39,104 bases of DNA from Atractiella rhizophila (GCA_021432655.1 MU271614.1:1-39104), one strand, 5' to 3'. Shown: positions 24,450 through 36,263, counted from the first letter of the stretch. The notes: generated by a model from the letters alone, not told the origin. Numbers and translations are program-made.

Positions 24450-26185
24450 ATCGGAAAAATATATAGCCCCAACGTGGAGGGCTCCTCGCGCTACCTGTGT
24501 GGCGTCAAAGCCGCGACTAATGTGGGGTCTGCAACTTCGTTCGGTTCCGAGCCGCTCTGTGAACAAGACGACAACACGAGTGCTTCGTTAAAAAGGAGTC
24601 AAACGGTGACTTCCGCAACCGAATGATCACAACGACAATAACGGAGATCTCAGAGAGAGTACTATCTTCCTCCGTAGGGATTCTGTATCTGACGGGAACA
24701 GTTTTCACGTACTGTTGGAAAAGTGAGGAAGGTTTCTTCGACAAGCGCTCAGTGACACGCGATGTCAGGCAGTAAAGCTCTGGAACTGGGAGTTACGGAG
24801 TAAAACGTCCGGCCCCTCTCTAAGACGGTATTCCTATATAACCCTTTTGATTGTCTGTTCGTCTATTATATTACTTGACGGGCGAGTAGGCGCGTACCCG
24901 ACTGAGGTCTTCGTAAGGAGCCGTACAACTCTCTTGTTTCGGGTCACGTAGAGCACGGTTTCCCACTGTTTCTGTCCCTTTAAGACGAGACAGACCTTTT
25001 AGACTTCCAGTGCCTATTTTCGCTCCTTCAGATGATAACCCGCTGACCTCGCCTCAAGTACCTCGCGCGGCCTGAACTGTCGTAACCGACCTATTTTCGC
25101 AATATAACCACTTCGAAACGGAGGTACGGGGGTTGCGACCACTATTAGTCTCTTCTAAGACTGTCTTACGGAAGAAGAGGGGATGGAGCTATAAGGGGAC
25201 GTAGTCTTCTCGGTGGAGGCCGAATAAGAGGAGCTCTTAGTTCCCGACTGCTGTGAGTCTAGCCTTATGCGCAAGCAGAGTTGCAGTAATATCGTCGACT
25301 TCCCCTAGTTCTAAGAAGCTACTTGCAATGTTGGCTTCTGTTCTTGAAGGAGAGGTTTAATCGATCCAACAAGTTCTTGCTTCATCATCTACCCTTCTTC
25401 CTTGTGGTTTCTCGCGCATCCTTGCTATCTACCATCTGAGGCCATGCGGAATAAGACTAAGTGACCTGTTTCGAAATAAAGAAGATATCTTCTGCCACAT
25501 ACAGGATTGGGAGGCGTGCTAAAGCTTCCTGTATCCGAATAAAATCGCGTAGTAGAACTACCATATCTAATACGAACATGTTTATACCGTCATTAAACCT
25601 AAACGGTCACACATGGTGGTGCTGTCACTCTTACCCTAGTCGCTTACGTAGTAAAGCGTTCACAGGGTTCGTACAAGACCACTGTCGTTCTCTCTCCCTA
25701 CTTGATCAAAGGATTTAGAGCGGAAATGGTTTATACTGTTTAGAGACGGGAGCTGATTACGTTAGAACAGGAGTTGATTCGTCCTAGGTACGTTACAAGG
25801 ACCGCTACAAACTTACGAGTCGCAGGACTGACCATACGTGTACGTGGTGTTTACTTTGAAGGAAGTTCAAGGTGGAAGCCGAACCTCCGCCATCCTGCCT
25901 ACTACTACTCTCCTCAGATCTTATACCTAAAGTGAAGCTATGTAAAGGTGACGTGATACGTGACCGTGGAAGAAAGGTGGAGAGGTGAAGAGGATGTAGG
26001 TTGGAGTACGAGTAACCTCGTCTCCTAGAGACTTCACAAAAACTAATGATGGTGTCGTATAGAATAATACCGGCTGTTAGCTGACTCTCCCTTATTTTGC
26101 ATGAACAAGAAGTATGGTCACTGCTTGACAACGAGTGACTAGAAGGAGACCAGGGATATGAGGGATTATACAGAAGGTCGAAGGA
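24450..26185. repeat. Mirror block A: reversed, non-complemented copy of 27114-28521 plus ~32663-32988
   Basis: 24450 atcggaaaaatatatagccc is the backwards reading of 32988..; 26161-26185 agggattatacagaaggtcgaagga reads backwards as 27114 aggaagctggaagacatattaggga. Colinear throughout. Confidence 0.95.
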
Positions 26186-26674
26186 NNNNNNNNNNNNNNN
26201 NNNNNNNNNNNNNNNNNNNNNNNNNNNNNNNNNNNNNNNNNNNNNNNNNNNNNNNNNNNNNNNNNNNNNNNNNNNNNNNNNNNNNNNNNNNNNNNNNNNN
26301 NNNNNNNNNNNNNNNNNNNNNNNNNNNNNNNNNNNNNNNNNNNNNNNNNNNNNNNNNNNNNNNNNNNNNNNNNNNNNNNNNNNNNNNNNNNNNNNNNNNN
26401 NNNNNNNNNNNNNNNNNNNNNNNNNNNNNNNNNNNNNNNNNNNNNNNNNNNNNNNNNNNNNNNNNNNNNNNNNNNNNNNNNNNNNNNNNNNNNNNNNNNN
26501 NNNNNNNNNNNNNNNNNNNNNNNNNNNNNNNNNNNNNNNNNNNNNNNNNNNNNNNNNNNNNNNNNNNNNNNNNNNNNNNNNNNNNNNNNNNNNNNNNNNN
26601 NNNNNNNNNNNNNNNNNNNNNNNNNNNNNNNNNNNNNNNNNNNNNNNNNNNNNNNNNNNNNNNNNNNNNNNNNN
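26186..26674. other. Assembly gap (489 N)
   Basis: Run of N. Confidence 1.
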
Positions 26675-27288
26675 GATTATAAGCCACCGAAAAAGAAAGA
26701 GGAGGAATGGGAGGACACAGAAGATGTTGAGGATGACGAGGGAGAGGTTGTTGAAGTTTCGGCATCGGAGGACGAAGAGAGCGAGGAGGAAGAGGATGAA
26801 GACTTTGAGAATACGATTCCCATTTCCTACGGTTCAACACCTTATGAACTCATCCTCCCCTCTGGCATTCGAATTGGTCATCGTTCCCTTCGGAAGATTT
26901 ACGCTCAAAATCTCGCTCCGCATCTCAGCAAATCCGCTGCCTCTAGATCTGGTCCTTCGAAGGATTCCCAGCTCGTAGATCGTCTAGCAGAGAGCGTCAC
27001 GACAGGAAAGAGTCTTGCATTATCGAGGCAAGGTTTAGTGGCCGCGAAGGGAGGTGGAGGGAAGTTTGGGAGGGGTGGAGAGCTGGTGAAGGCTAGAAAT
27101 GCGGGAGAAGCCAAGGAAGCTGGAAGACATATTAGGGAGTATAGGGACCAGAGGAAGATCAGTGAGCAACAGTTCGTCACTGGTATGAAGAACAAGTACG
27201 TTTTATTCCCTCTCAGTCGATTGTCGGCCATAATAAGATATGCTGTGGTAGTAATCAAAAACACTTCAGAGATCCTCTGCTCCAATGA
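26675..27288 (+). CDS. REI1: REI1 3' part (overlapping duplicate contig carrying the true C-terminus)
   Basis: 26675-27113 repeats 24011-24449 (one difference noticed, 24445 g / 27109 a). It then continues EAKEAGRHIREYRDQ..GMKN, intron 27196-27251, NNQKHFRDPLLQ* (TGA 27286-27288), the conserved Rei1 ending. Confidence 0.9.
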
Positions 27289-28521
27289 GCATGAGGTCGG
27301 ATATAGGAGAAGTGGAGAGGTAGAAAGAAGGTGCCAGTGCATAGTGCAGTGGAAATGTATCGAAGTGAAATCCATATTCTAGACTCCTCTCATCATCATC
27401 CGTCCTACCGCCTACAAGCCGAAGGTGGAACTTGAAGGAAGTTTCATTTGTGGTGCATCTGCATGCCAGTCAGGACGATGAGCATTCAAACATCGCCAGG
27501 AACATTGCATGGATCCTGCTTAGTTGAGGACAAGATTGCATTAGTCGAGGGCAGAGATTTGTCACATTTGGTAAAGGCGAGATTTAGGAAACTAGTTCAT
27601 CCCTCTCTCTTGCTGTCACCAGAACATGCTTGGGACACTTGCGAAATGATGCATTCGCTGATCCCATTCTCACTGTCGTGGTGGTACACACTGGCAAATC
27701 CAAATTACTGCCATATTTGTACAAGCATAATCTATACCATCAAGATGATGCGCTAAAATAAGCCTATGTCCTTCGAAATCGTGCGGAGGGTTAGGACATA
27801 CACCGTCTTCTATAGAAGAAATAAAGCTTTATCCAGTGAATCAGAATAAGGCGTACCGGAGTCTACCATCTATCGTTCCTACGCGCTCTTTGGTGTTCCT
27901 TCTTCCCATCTACTACTTCGTTCTTGAACAACCTAGCTAATTTGGAGAGGAAGTTCTTGTCTTCGGTTGTAACGTTCATCGAAGAATCTTGATCCCCTTC
28001 AGCTGCTATAATGACGTTGAGACGAACGCGTATTCCGATCTGAGTGTCGTCAGCCCTTGATTCTCGAGGAGAATAAGCCGGAGGTGGCTCTTCTGATGCA
28101 GGAGAATATCGAGGTAAGGGAGAAGAAGGCATTCTGTCAGAATCTTCTCTGATTATCACCAGCGTTGGGGGCATGGAGGCAAAGCTTCACCAATATAACG
28201 CTTTTATCCAGACAATGCTGTCAAGTCCGGCGCGCTCCATGAACTCCGCTCCAGTCGCCCAATAGTAGACTTCCTCGCTTTTATCCGTGACCTTCAGATT
28301 TTCCAGACAGAGCAGAATTTCCCTGTCTTTGTCACCCTTTGGCACGAGATGCACTGGGCTTTGTTCTCTCAACATGCCGAGGAATGCTTCTGGAGTCAGC
28401 CCATGCGCGGATGAGCGGGCAGTTCATTATATTATCTGCTTGTCTGTTAGTTTTCCCAATATATCCTTATGGCAGAATCTCTCCCCGGCCTGCAAAATGA
28501 GGCATTGAGGGTCAAGGTCTC
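27229..28521 (+). repeat. Direct near-identical copy of 31364-~32662 (allelic haplotype duplication)
   Basis: Colinear with scattered SNPs and small indels (e.g. agttcatccc vs agtacatgtacgtccc). Confidence 0.93.
27863..28174 (-). CDS. Small intronless 103-aa protein with LPxY/PPxY motifs and C-terminal RNDRW (allele 1)
   Basis: Similar to 17416-17637; differences among its three assembled copies are synonymous or conservative. Confidence 0.7.
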   Translation of the reverse strand: MPPTLVIIREDSDRMPSSPLPRYSPASEEPPPAYSPRESRADDTQIGIRVRLNVIIAAEGDQDSSMNVTTEDKNFLSKLARLFKNEVVDGKKEHQRARRNDRW

Positions 28522-28546
28522 NNNNNNNNNNNNNNNNNNNNNNNNN
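28522..28546. other. Assembly gap (25 N)
   Basis: Run of exactly 25 N. Confidence 1.
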
Positions 28547-31363
28547 CGGCTGTTAGCTGACTCTCCCTTATTTTGCATGAACAAGAAGTATGGTCACTGC
28601 TTGACAACGAGTGACTAGAAGGAGACCAGGGATATGAGGGATTATACAGAAGGTCGAAGGAACCGAAGAGGGCGTAAAGATCGGAAGTGGTCGAGAGGTG
28701 GGGAGGGTTTGAAGGGAGGTGGAGGGAAGCGCCGGTGATTTGGAACGGAGCTATTACGTTCTGAGAAAGGACAGCACTGCGAGAGACGATCTGCTAGATG
28801 CTCGACCCTTAGGAAGCTTCCTGGTCTAGATCTCCGTCGCCTAAACTACTCTACGCCTCGCTCTAAAACTCGCATTTAGAAGGCTTCCCTTGCTACTGGT
28901 TAAGCTTACGGTCTCCCCTCCTACTCAAGTATTCCACAACTTGGCATCCTTTACCCTTAGCATAAGAGTTTCAGAAGTAGGAGAAGGAGGAGCGAGAGAA
29001 GCAGGAGGCTACGGCTTTGAAGTTGTTGGAGAGGGAGCAGTAGGAGTTGTAGAAGACACAGGAGGGTAAGGAGGAGAAAGAAAAAGCCACCGAATATTAG
29101 GCCTATTCTTCCAGCCATTAGTATCTTTAGGCGTATTAGTTCGGCAAGGAGGAGCCATAGGGTTCCGTTCGCTGTTACAGCAAATCGTAGGTATACGAAG
29201 GACTGGCGTAGGTTAGGTAGAGAGAGGGAGTGGAAGAAGAAGAGCGAAGGAAGAAGGAGTTGGACAAGTTATTGCTGGAGTGGGGGTATGGGGAAGGGTG
29301 TTGTTTGCGTGTGTAAGGTCCACGGTTGGTCAAGTGGGTTAGCTGGGTCGTCCGGACCTTCCAGCTGCTCTATGAGTCTCAGCCCTTACTTCTTTGGCAC
29401 AAACGCGACGTACACCCAACACTCGAGTAGCTCGCTTCGCTTCCTCCAGCTTCTCACTGTCTTCTCTGTCCAAGGAAAGCCCTCGCCTCCCACCCTTCGC
29501 TCTGCCCTAAACTGCTCCCGTAGGTAACACAGAGGAGGACCACAGCAACGCTCTCTTCGTCTTCGCTCTCTGACACAGTGTCGACGATGCAGGCACCTGA
29601 GAAGCCTCTCTCTTAACCTTCGTCTAAACCTCTACCATCTAACACTAACACTAAAACTCTACCTTAGCCGACTCTTTCTGAACTTCTGTAATAGCGCTAC
29701 GAAAAACCTGAGCTCTACTAACGCTACGCGTAACTATCTGCTCTTTCTAAACGACTCTCGGTTCCCAACCAATCAGTCGAGACAAATACGAGTCGTCCGT
29801 TCTTACATTTTCCTTGCCGTATTTCACTTGTTTAATAGTTTCGTTGAGGAGGAGAAAGAGTTTTGGTTACTCATGTTTAAGTTATCTCTGTTTTACGTAT
29901 GTGAGATCGTCGGTGAATTTTGTAGTTTCCTGTCTTTACATTTAACCTACGAGGACTGTCGTATTATTTTTATACCGGCTCCTTTGTGTGTCTTTCCAAG
30001 TAAACGGTACTTATTTCGACACTGAATGGACGTTCGGAATGTCATGGTGAGGAGGAAGAAGAGACGAAGGAGGAAGAGGTTAAAGCGCGGTCGAGGGTTA
30101 AAGAGGAGGGTATGGAGGGAGCACTGGCCACCCTCAAAGCGATGGAAAGAGATGTAGCAACGTGTATACTCGATCTCCGTTCTGCCCCATTTCTACTACT
30201 CACCGCATGGAATCGCAACATGGCTACCTCGAGCCTACTCATTACTAGAGACACGTCGCAGCCTCACCGTTTTCTTTCTCTCGTTCACTCCGTCCTCTTT
30301 CCTACGCAGCGTGAGTAAGACGATGACTCTTTATGAAAGGAAGTCTACCACCAAAACACACAGAAAATAGAGTCCGTTCACTAAGCTCAAAAGCTCAAAA
30401 CTAACTAGCATGAAAAACTAGAACTAGTCGAAAACTTAGTCGAGTCAGCGACTAGTCAATCGCCTGCCTTTTCGTACGCCGACGCTGGAGTTGCTAAGGG
30501 AGCTGAAGCTGAAAAGAGGTTGAGAAACGAAGCGGGTGCGGCACAACCATTGCGGTACGAAACTGTATATAACACTACGCACCGGGTCAACTGAGTTCAC
30601 GACTCCCGTACAACGAGTGATGTTGGCGCATTGTCGTTGCGCTGACCTCCAAAACATTACACCTTTTCGTAAACCCTCGCGTCAACTCTACTTTTGTACA
30701 AATTTTCCCATTCTACCGAAAATAAACGGAGTTTCCATATAACCTTCCACACCTTTCACAAAGCCTAGTTTCGTATATTTTACCTTGAGCAATGACAGTA
30801 TTGGAGGGTGAAAAACATTACTAAGAGATATAGTCGAAGAAAGAGATTCGCTGTCAGTCGAATTTTAACTTTGCTCTTCATGGTACAAAGGAGGAGAGGG
30901 TTATCTTTATCTCTCATCTTTACAAAACACTATCGTTTATGTGGATACGAGGTTGGCAGTCAGTAACGGGACTTCCGCGGTGCTAACACACGTGACAGAG
31001 GCTCCCATCCAAACTATAAATATGGTGCTTACTCATGGTACTTACTCATGGTACTTACTCTCTACCACCTGGAAGGAAGTGAAGTTCCACAAGAAATATG
31101 AAGTTACTTAACAAGCGCAGTCACCCCGTCACGTTACAACTTGTAGACGGCGATAAAGGAAGTAACGGAAAAGATCGACGGAGGGTGTTAGTCGAGCACG
31201 CGTTTTGACCCTATGCTAGCGAGAGGTCGAGCGATACTATTGGTAGTAACAGTCCTTAGCTCTTACTCATTACGCACGAAGATTATAAATCGGCCATTTT
31301 CACCCCTGCCTCCTTGGCTAAGAAGCGGGTCGAGCGGTGACCGTCGAAATTTTGTTTGGACCA
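28547..31363. repeat. Mirror block B: reversed, non-complemented allelic copy of ~21807-24449 plus 27114-27228
   Basis: 28547 cggctgttagctgac is the backwards reading of 27228..; 31321-31363 reads backwards as ~21807 accaggtt..gagctgggcgaaga. It contains almost the whole REI1 gene written backwards. Confidence 0.95.
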
Positions 31364-31386
31364 CATAATAAGATATGCTGTGGTAG

Positions 31387-31423
31387 TAATCAAAAACACT
31401 TCAGAGATCCTCTGCTCCAATGA
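31387..31423 (+). CDS. REI1: Duplicate copy of the REI1 last exon (NQKHFRDPLLQ*)
   Basis: Identical to 27252-27288; its upstream exons lie reversed in mirror block B. Confidence 0.8.
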
Positions 31424-32003
31424 GCATGAGGTCGGGTATAGGAGAAGTGGAGAGGTAGAAAGAAGGTGCCAGTGCATAGTGCAGTGGAAATGTATCGAAG
31501 TGAAATCCATATTCTAGACTCCTCTCATCATCATCCGTCCTGCCGCCTCCAAACCGAAAGTGGAACTTGAAGGAAGTTTCATTTGTGGTACATGTGCATA
31601 CCAGTTAGGACGATGAGCATTCAAACATCGCCAGGAACAATACATGGATCCTGCTTAGTTGAGGACAAGATTGCATTAGTCGAGGGCAGAGATTTGTCAT
31701 ATTTGGTAAAGGCGAGATTTAGGAAACTAGTACATGTACGTCCCTCTCTCTTGCTGCCACCAGAACTTGCTTGGGACACTTGCGAAATGATGCATTCGCT
31801 GATCCCATTCTCACTGTCGTGGTGTTACACACTGGCAAATCCAAATTACTGCCATATTTGTACAAGCATAATCTATACCATCAAGATGATCCGCTAAATA
31901 AGCCTATGTCCTTCGAAATCGTACGGAGGGGTTAGGACATACACCGTCTTCTATAGAAGAAATAAAGCTTTGTCCAGTGAATCAGAATAAGGCGTACCGG
32001 AGT

Positions 32004-32315
32004 CTACCATCTATCGTTCCTACGCGCTCTTTGGTGTTCCTTCTTCCCATCTACTACTTCGTTCTTGAACAACCTAGCTAATCTGGAGAGGAAGTTCTTG
32101 TCTTCGGTTGTAACATTCATCGAAGAATCTTGATCCCCTTCAGCTGCTATAATGACGTTGAGACGAACGCGTATTCCGATCTGAGTGTCGTCAGCCCTTG
32201 ATTCTCGAGGAGAATAAGCCGGAGGTGGCTCTTCTGATGCAGGAGAATATCGAGGTAGGGGAGAAGAAGGCATTCTGTCAGAATCTTCTCTGATTATCAC
32301 CAGCGTTGGGGGCAT
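32004..32315 (-). CDS. Small 103-aa RNDRW protein (allele 2 of 27863-28174)
   Basis: Same protein except K>R in NFLS[K/R]LARLFK. Confidence 0.7.
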   Translation of the reverse strand: MPPTLVIIREDSDRMPSSPLPRYSPASEEPPPAYSPRESRADDTQIGIRVRLNVIIAAEGDQDSSMNVTTEDKNFLSRLARLFKNEVVDGKKEHQRARRNDRW

Positions 32316-33227
32316 GGAGGCAAAGCTTCACCAATATAACGCTTTTATCCAGACAATGCTGTCAAGTCCCGCGCGCTCCATGAACTCCGCTCCAGTCGCC
32401 CAATAGTAGACTTCCTCGCTTTTATCCGTGACCTTCAGATTTTCCAGACAGAGCAGAATTTCCCTGTCTTTGTCACCCTTTGGCACGAGATGCATTGGGC
32501 TTTGTTCTCTCAACATGCCGAGGAATGCTTCTGGAGTCAGCTCATGCGCGGATGAGCGGACAGTTCATTATATTATCTGCTTGTCTGTTAGTTTTCCCAT
32601 CATATCCTTATGGCAGAATCTCTCCACAGCCTGCAAAATGAGGGATTGAGGGTCAGGATCTCGAAATGACGGACTGTAGCACACAGTGACTCGCGAACAG
32701 CTTTGTCAGAGGGATTCAAAAGCTTGTCATGCACTTTTGACAAGGACAGTCTATATCTTGGGGATCCCTCCTTCTATCATGAGAGAGAATCTAGAGGCAA
32801 TAACAGCAGTAGTAATAAGCCAACGTCTTCAGTGGCAAACTGAGGAAAATTGCTTCGTGAGCACAACAGCAGAACAAGTGTCTCGCCGAGCCTTGGCTTG
32901 CTTCAACGTCTGGGGTGTAATCAGCGCCGAAACTGCGGTGTGTCCATCGCGCTCCTCGGGAGGTGCAACCCGATATATAAAAAGGCTATGCATTGAGTTT
33001 GTCGTTCCCAACTGCTTGCTCGAAAGCGTCCACAGAGTAATGTGCCAAGGCAACGAGTCATCATATCGCGACACCAATTTCATTTCAATCGTCACTGCAA
33101 TGAAAAGGTAGGTCCAGTCAAACATCACCCAAACAAGAAACGCAAACACAGAAAGTTGTCATCCCAAGCTGATTAATGGATGGTATTAAACGTAAGCTTT
33201 CTGTTCATAACGACAACGATGCAGGAT

Positions 33228-34618
33228 TTAACCCCTTCGGATCTCTCCAACAGGAAGGACGAAGAAGGAGTTGTCGGGCGTCAGAATGCCAGCCAATCCA
33301 ACATACTGCAGCGAAGGGAGTCAGCGATATGAAACAGTGACAGAACAGAACAACGTACCCAAGCGATGAAAGCTGTTATGATTCCGAAGGCACCTCCAGC
33401 TTTGTGGACCTTGACATTCTCAGTGAACTCTCCGGCCATCTGTTGCATGGACTCAGTGAGAACCCTCCAAATATCATGGTAGATCACGTACGAGAAGAAG
33501 GAAAGTGATGTCAAGGAAGAAGAATAGAGCGATGAGACCCCACGACGATCGCAGCGTACAGATGAGCATGAGCGTCGTGAAGATGAACCAGGTTGCTATT
33601 TACACATAGCGTGAGAACGACGCGTTTTGGAGTGTGCGAAGGACAGACCTAGGTAAATACCGACGGATGAAACGAGTTGACCTTCCTCTCCTTCAAAAGC
33701 AGCCAAAATGCCAGAATCTGGAATATAGATGGCAGCGAAGGAGAGCCAGAAAGCACCGTAGGAGGAGAAAGCAGTAGCACCGAAAGTGTTCCCGGCAGCG
33801 AATTCCCACATACCTGCATCGCACAGGAACGATCAGTCCTCAGCCCAAGATGAGGAAACAACGCATACCAGCAAGTAGCTGAGCCAAGCCACCATATCCA
33901 AGTGCAAGACCCACAACGACGTTAGGAATAGTGACGTGCCGGGCTTGGACATTGATCATGGAGAGGAAGAAGGTGGTTCCGGCGAAACCCATCAATCCCA
34001 AAGGAGCGGGATTGGCGAATTTCCTGTGGTAGACCGGGAAAGCGGGTTGGGAGGTGTCAACTGGGTGTCCACCAGGAGTGACGGCACGGTTGACGGGCTA
34101 AAGAAGCATGAGCGTTCAGGCCGCTCCAAGGAACCTATGAGCAAAACCTACAGCCCCATGAAAGGCTGGATAAAGATGTCAGTCGAGGACCAGAGATCAT
34201 GACGTGAAACAAGGAGAAAGCTCGGAAAGTTTACACCACGAAGAAATACATATGGTGCTGACAGTTCATACAAGTTCAGGCAACCTGCAACATGCAACAG
34301 ATCATCGAAAGAACAGTCACAGCACGCTCTGGGCAAAGCCTCCCGGTCCGTGTCCCGGACAATAGACAGACAATGTCCCACAACTTCGCATACTGGACGA
34401 AAATAGCGAGACCAGCTTCTTGGCAATCCTCATATTTTCGAGGCAACCCCATTGGTGCTAGGCTATGAAACCGAGCGCACGAGAGTACACCTATCTTTGT
34501 TCCTATACCTTAGGTGCATTGAAAAAAAACGCGTCTGGCAGCTTTCCCCAAACAATTTTCATGAAAGACAAAGCAACATACCAACTTTCTCTCCGTTAGA
34601 AACACCAGACTCTGACAT
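33228..34618 (-). CDS. GPR1/FUN34/YaaH (ATO/SatP) acetate/ammonia transporter, multi-exon
   Basis: MSESGVSNGEKV|AFHGA|PVNRAVTPGGHPVDTSQPAFPVYHRKFANPAPLGLMGF; YGGLAQLLA|GMWEFAAGNTFGATAFSSYGAFWLSF; KAGGAFGIITAFIAW|Y; ends FFVLPVGEIRRG* (33228). The first two exons are inferred from phase fit. Confidence 0.92.
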
Positions 34619-36263
34619 GTTCAAGGTCTTTGTTGGTTTTTAACTACTTCACAAAGGATTGGCTGTTTGAGAGCGCGGGGAGAGTGAGCGACTGAAGGAG
34701 TTGAACAAGTGCGGGGTATTTATGCTTCTCCTCAAAGGGGCCGGACTTTTACGGGATCGCTGCAGTCCCGCTTCCCAAAAAGGTTATTTAGAGTTGAATC
34801 AACAAACGAATTGTCACGTTTATTGGCCAGTCAGAATCTTCTAGTGACAAATCCGTTACATCCACCAAAGCAGCGCGCATCTGCTTCCTGCAAGCCGTTC
34901 CTCCATCAAAGAGCTCTCGAAGCTCTCGATTTCGACTCGACAGAGTTCATGCAGACATGGGGATGAGAAGTGCGAGTGACCAACCCCCGCAAAAGAACAA
35001 TATTTTCCTCACGAAATCGCCCGGGGACAGTCTAGAACGGGCATGGATATCTCCATCGCTTGTCAATCGCTGCGTGCACCGAAGTAGCGCCGTCTTGTCT
35101 GACACTTGCCCAGAAGGATTCAGCAGCAAAAATTCGGGGTGGAACAGTCTCGCAGAGCCTTGAGCCGACTTGAGCAAGGGCGAGGACATGTCGAGTTCAT
35201 AACTTCCACCGTGGAATATGCTTCTTGTTTGCAGCCGCGCCGTGAGCGCGTGAGCCCCAAATTCATTTGCTGGAAGCGGCGCTGTGCCGATTATAGGATA
35301 AAGGACAGGACAAAGCATTGAAGAACACAGTCGATCTCAACTCAACTGAATCTCCGACATTATTGGCTACCTTACAACATTCTTGTAACCTGTCACAGCT
35401 ATGCTCTGAATGCAAGGAAGAAGAGGAAGAAGAGGTGGAGGAAAGGATGTTGTAAATTGCTGACGGCCGCAAATGAGAGGGAACGCTCCATCACAGAGGC
35501 TCTTGCCGTTTGTGCAGAAAGAGTTCTCGTTGCAGATCATCTGTCTGTGCGAGAACATGAGTTAGAGCGAGATAACCGCGGGCTAAATTAAAGATGTAAT
35601 TGCTCTATTTTTGATTCACATTATCCACTAATTCTGATCTTCTTGTTGATTCCAAGAGACGCAAACTGCCCGCTCTGTCAGACACGGCGCGTATACCATG
35701 CTCGAAGTTTGAAGGATGGAGAGTGCCTGAAAGAAGAGAGCTCGTGAAACGGGCAAGTAGCCAGGTTGCAGCCCACTTATGCCCATGAATTTTGGCATCT
35801 CGATGACCTCAGTCAGAAAACATGAAGGTGTGTGTACATAACGCCTTTCATGGCAGTAGAGTTTTCCGTTCTGCATTCCTTACAGTAGAAAAATGGAAGT
35901 CGGAACTATGGACAGCTGAGCTCCTAAACTCGCTATTGATAACAATGGCTCTCATCGAAGGACGGTAGCGAAGGAAAATGGAAACAAATTCACCACGATC
36001 ACCCGGCGCAGAATATATCTGAAGAGGACAGCGCTCTTTAATATTGCGGTGTTAACCAGGCACCCATGTCATTGCTTCAACGAGAAAGTCACGTTTCGTA
36101 AGAAATTTACTTGCCGGCCTTCTGGCAAACGTGGCGGCTGCTTTTCTTTTGATGATAGGGTTAGGGATTCGTTGCAGAGGCAAAACCAAGTCATCGACTC
36201 AGGTGGTATAAGAGCCGGGTACTCAGCAGAGGATAGTGTTAGCAGCTTTTAACAGTATACAAA

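Noticed and set aside
24450..24466. REI1 ORF ending ..EANRKNI*
   Set aside because: Run-on into the mirror block; the conserved ending QKHFRDPLLQ* is at 27256-27288.
24435..26131. ORFs inside mirror block A (24435-24626, 24517-24744, 25461-25718, 25805-26131)
   Set aside because: They are chance frames in reversed sequence.
26158..26840. 174-aa and 224-aa ORFs crossing the N run
   Set aside because: Their length comes from N codons.
27448..27756. 102/104-aa plus-strand ORF present in both allelic copies (also 31583-31897)
   Set aside because: Non-ATG start, lies in the convergent 3' UTR zone, and allele differences are largely non-synonymous.
29288..30742. ORFs inside mirror block B
   Set aside because: Chance frames in a backwards copy of REI1 and its upstream region.
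24011..32988. Transposon, LTR or inverted-repeat explanation for the repeats
   Set aside because: No transposase/RT/integrase motifs, terminal repeats or target-site duplications seen. The copies are direct or mirror, not reverse-complement, and all abut gaps.
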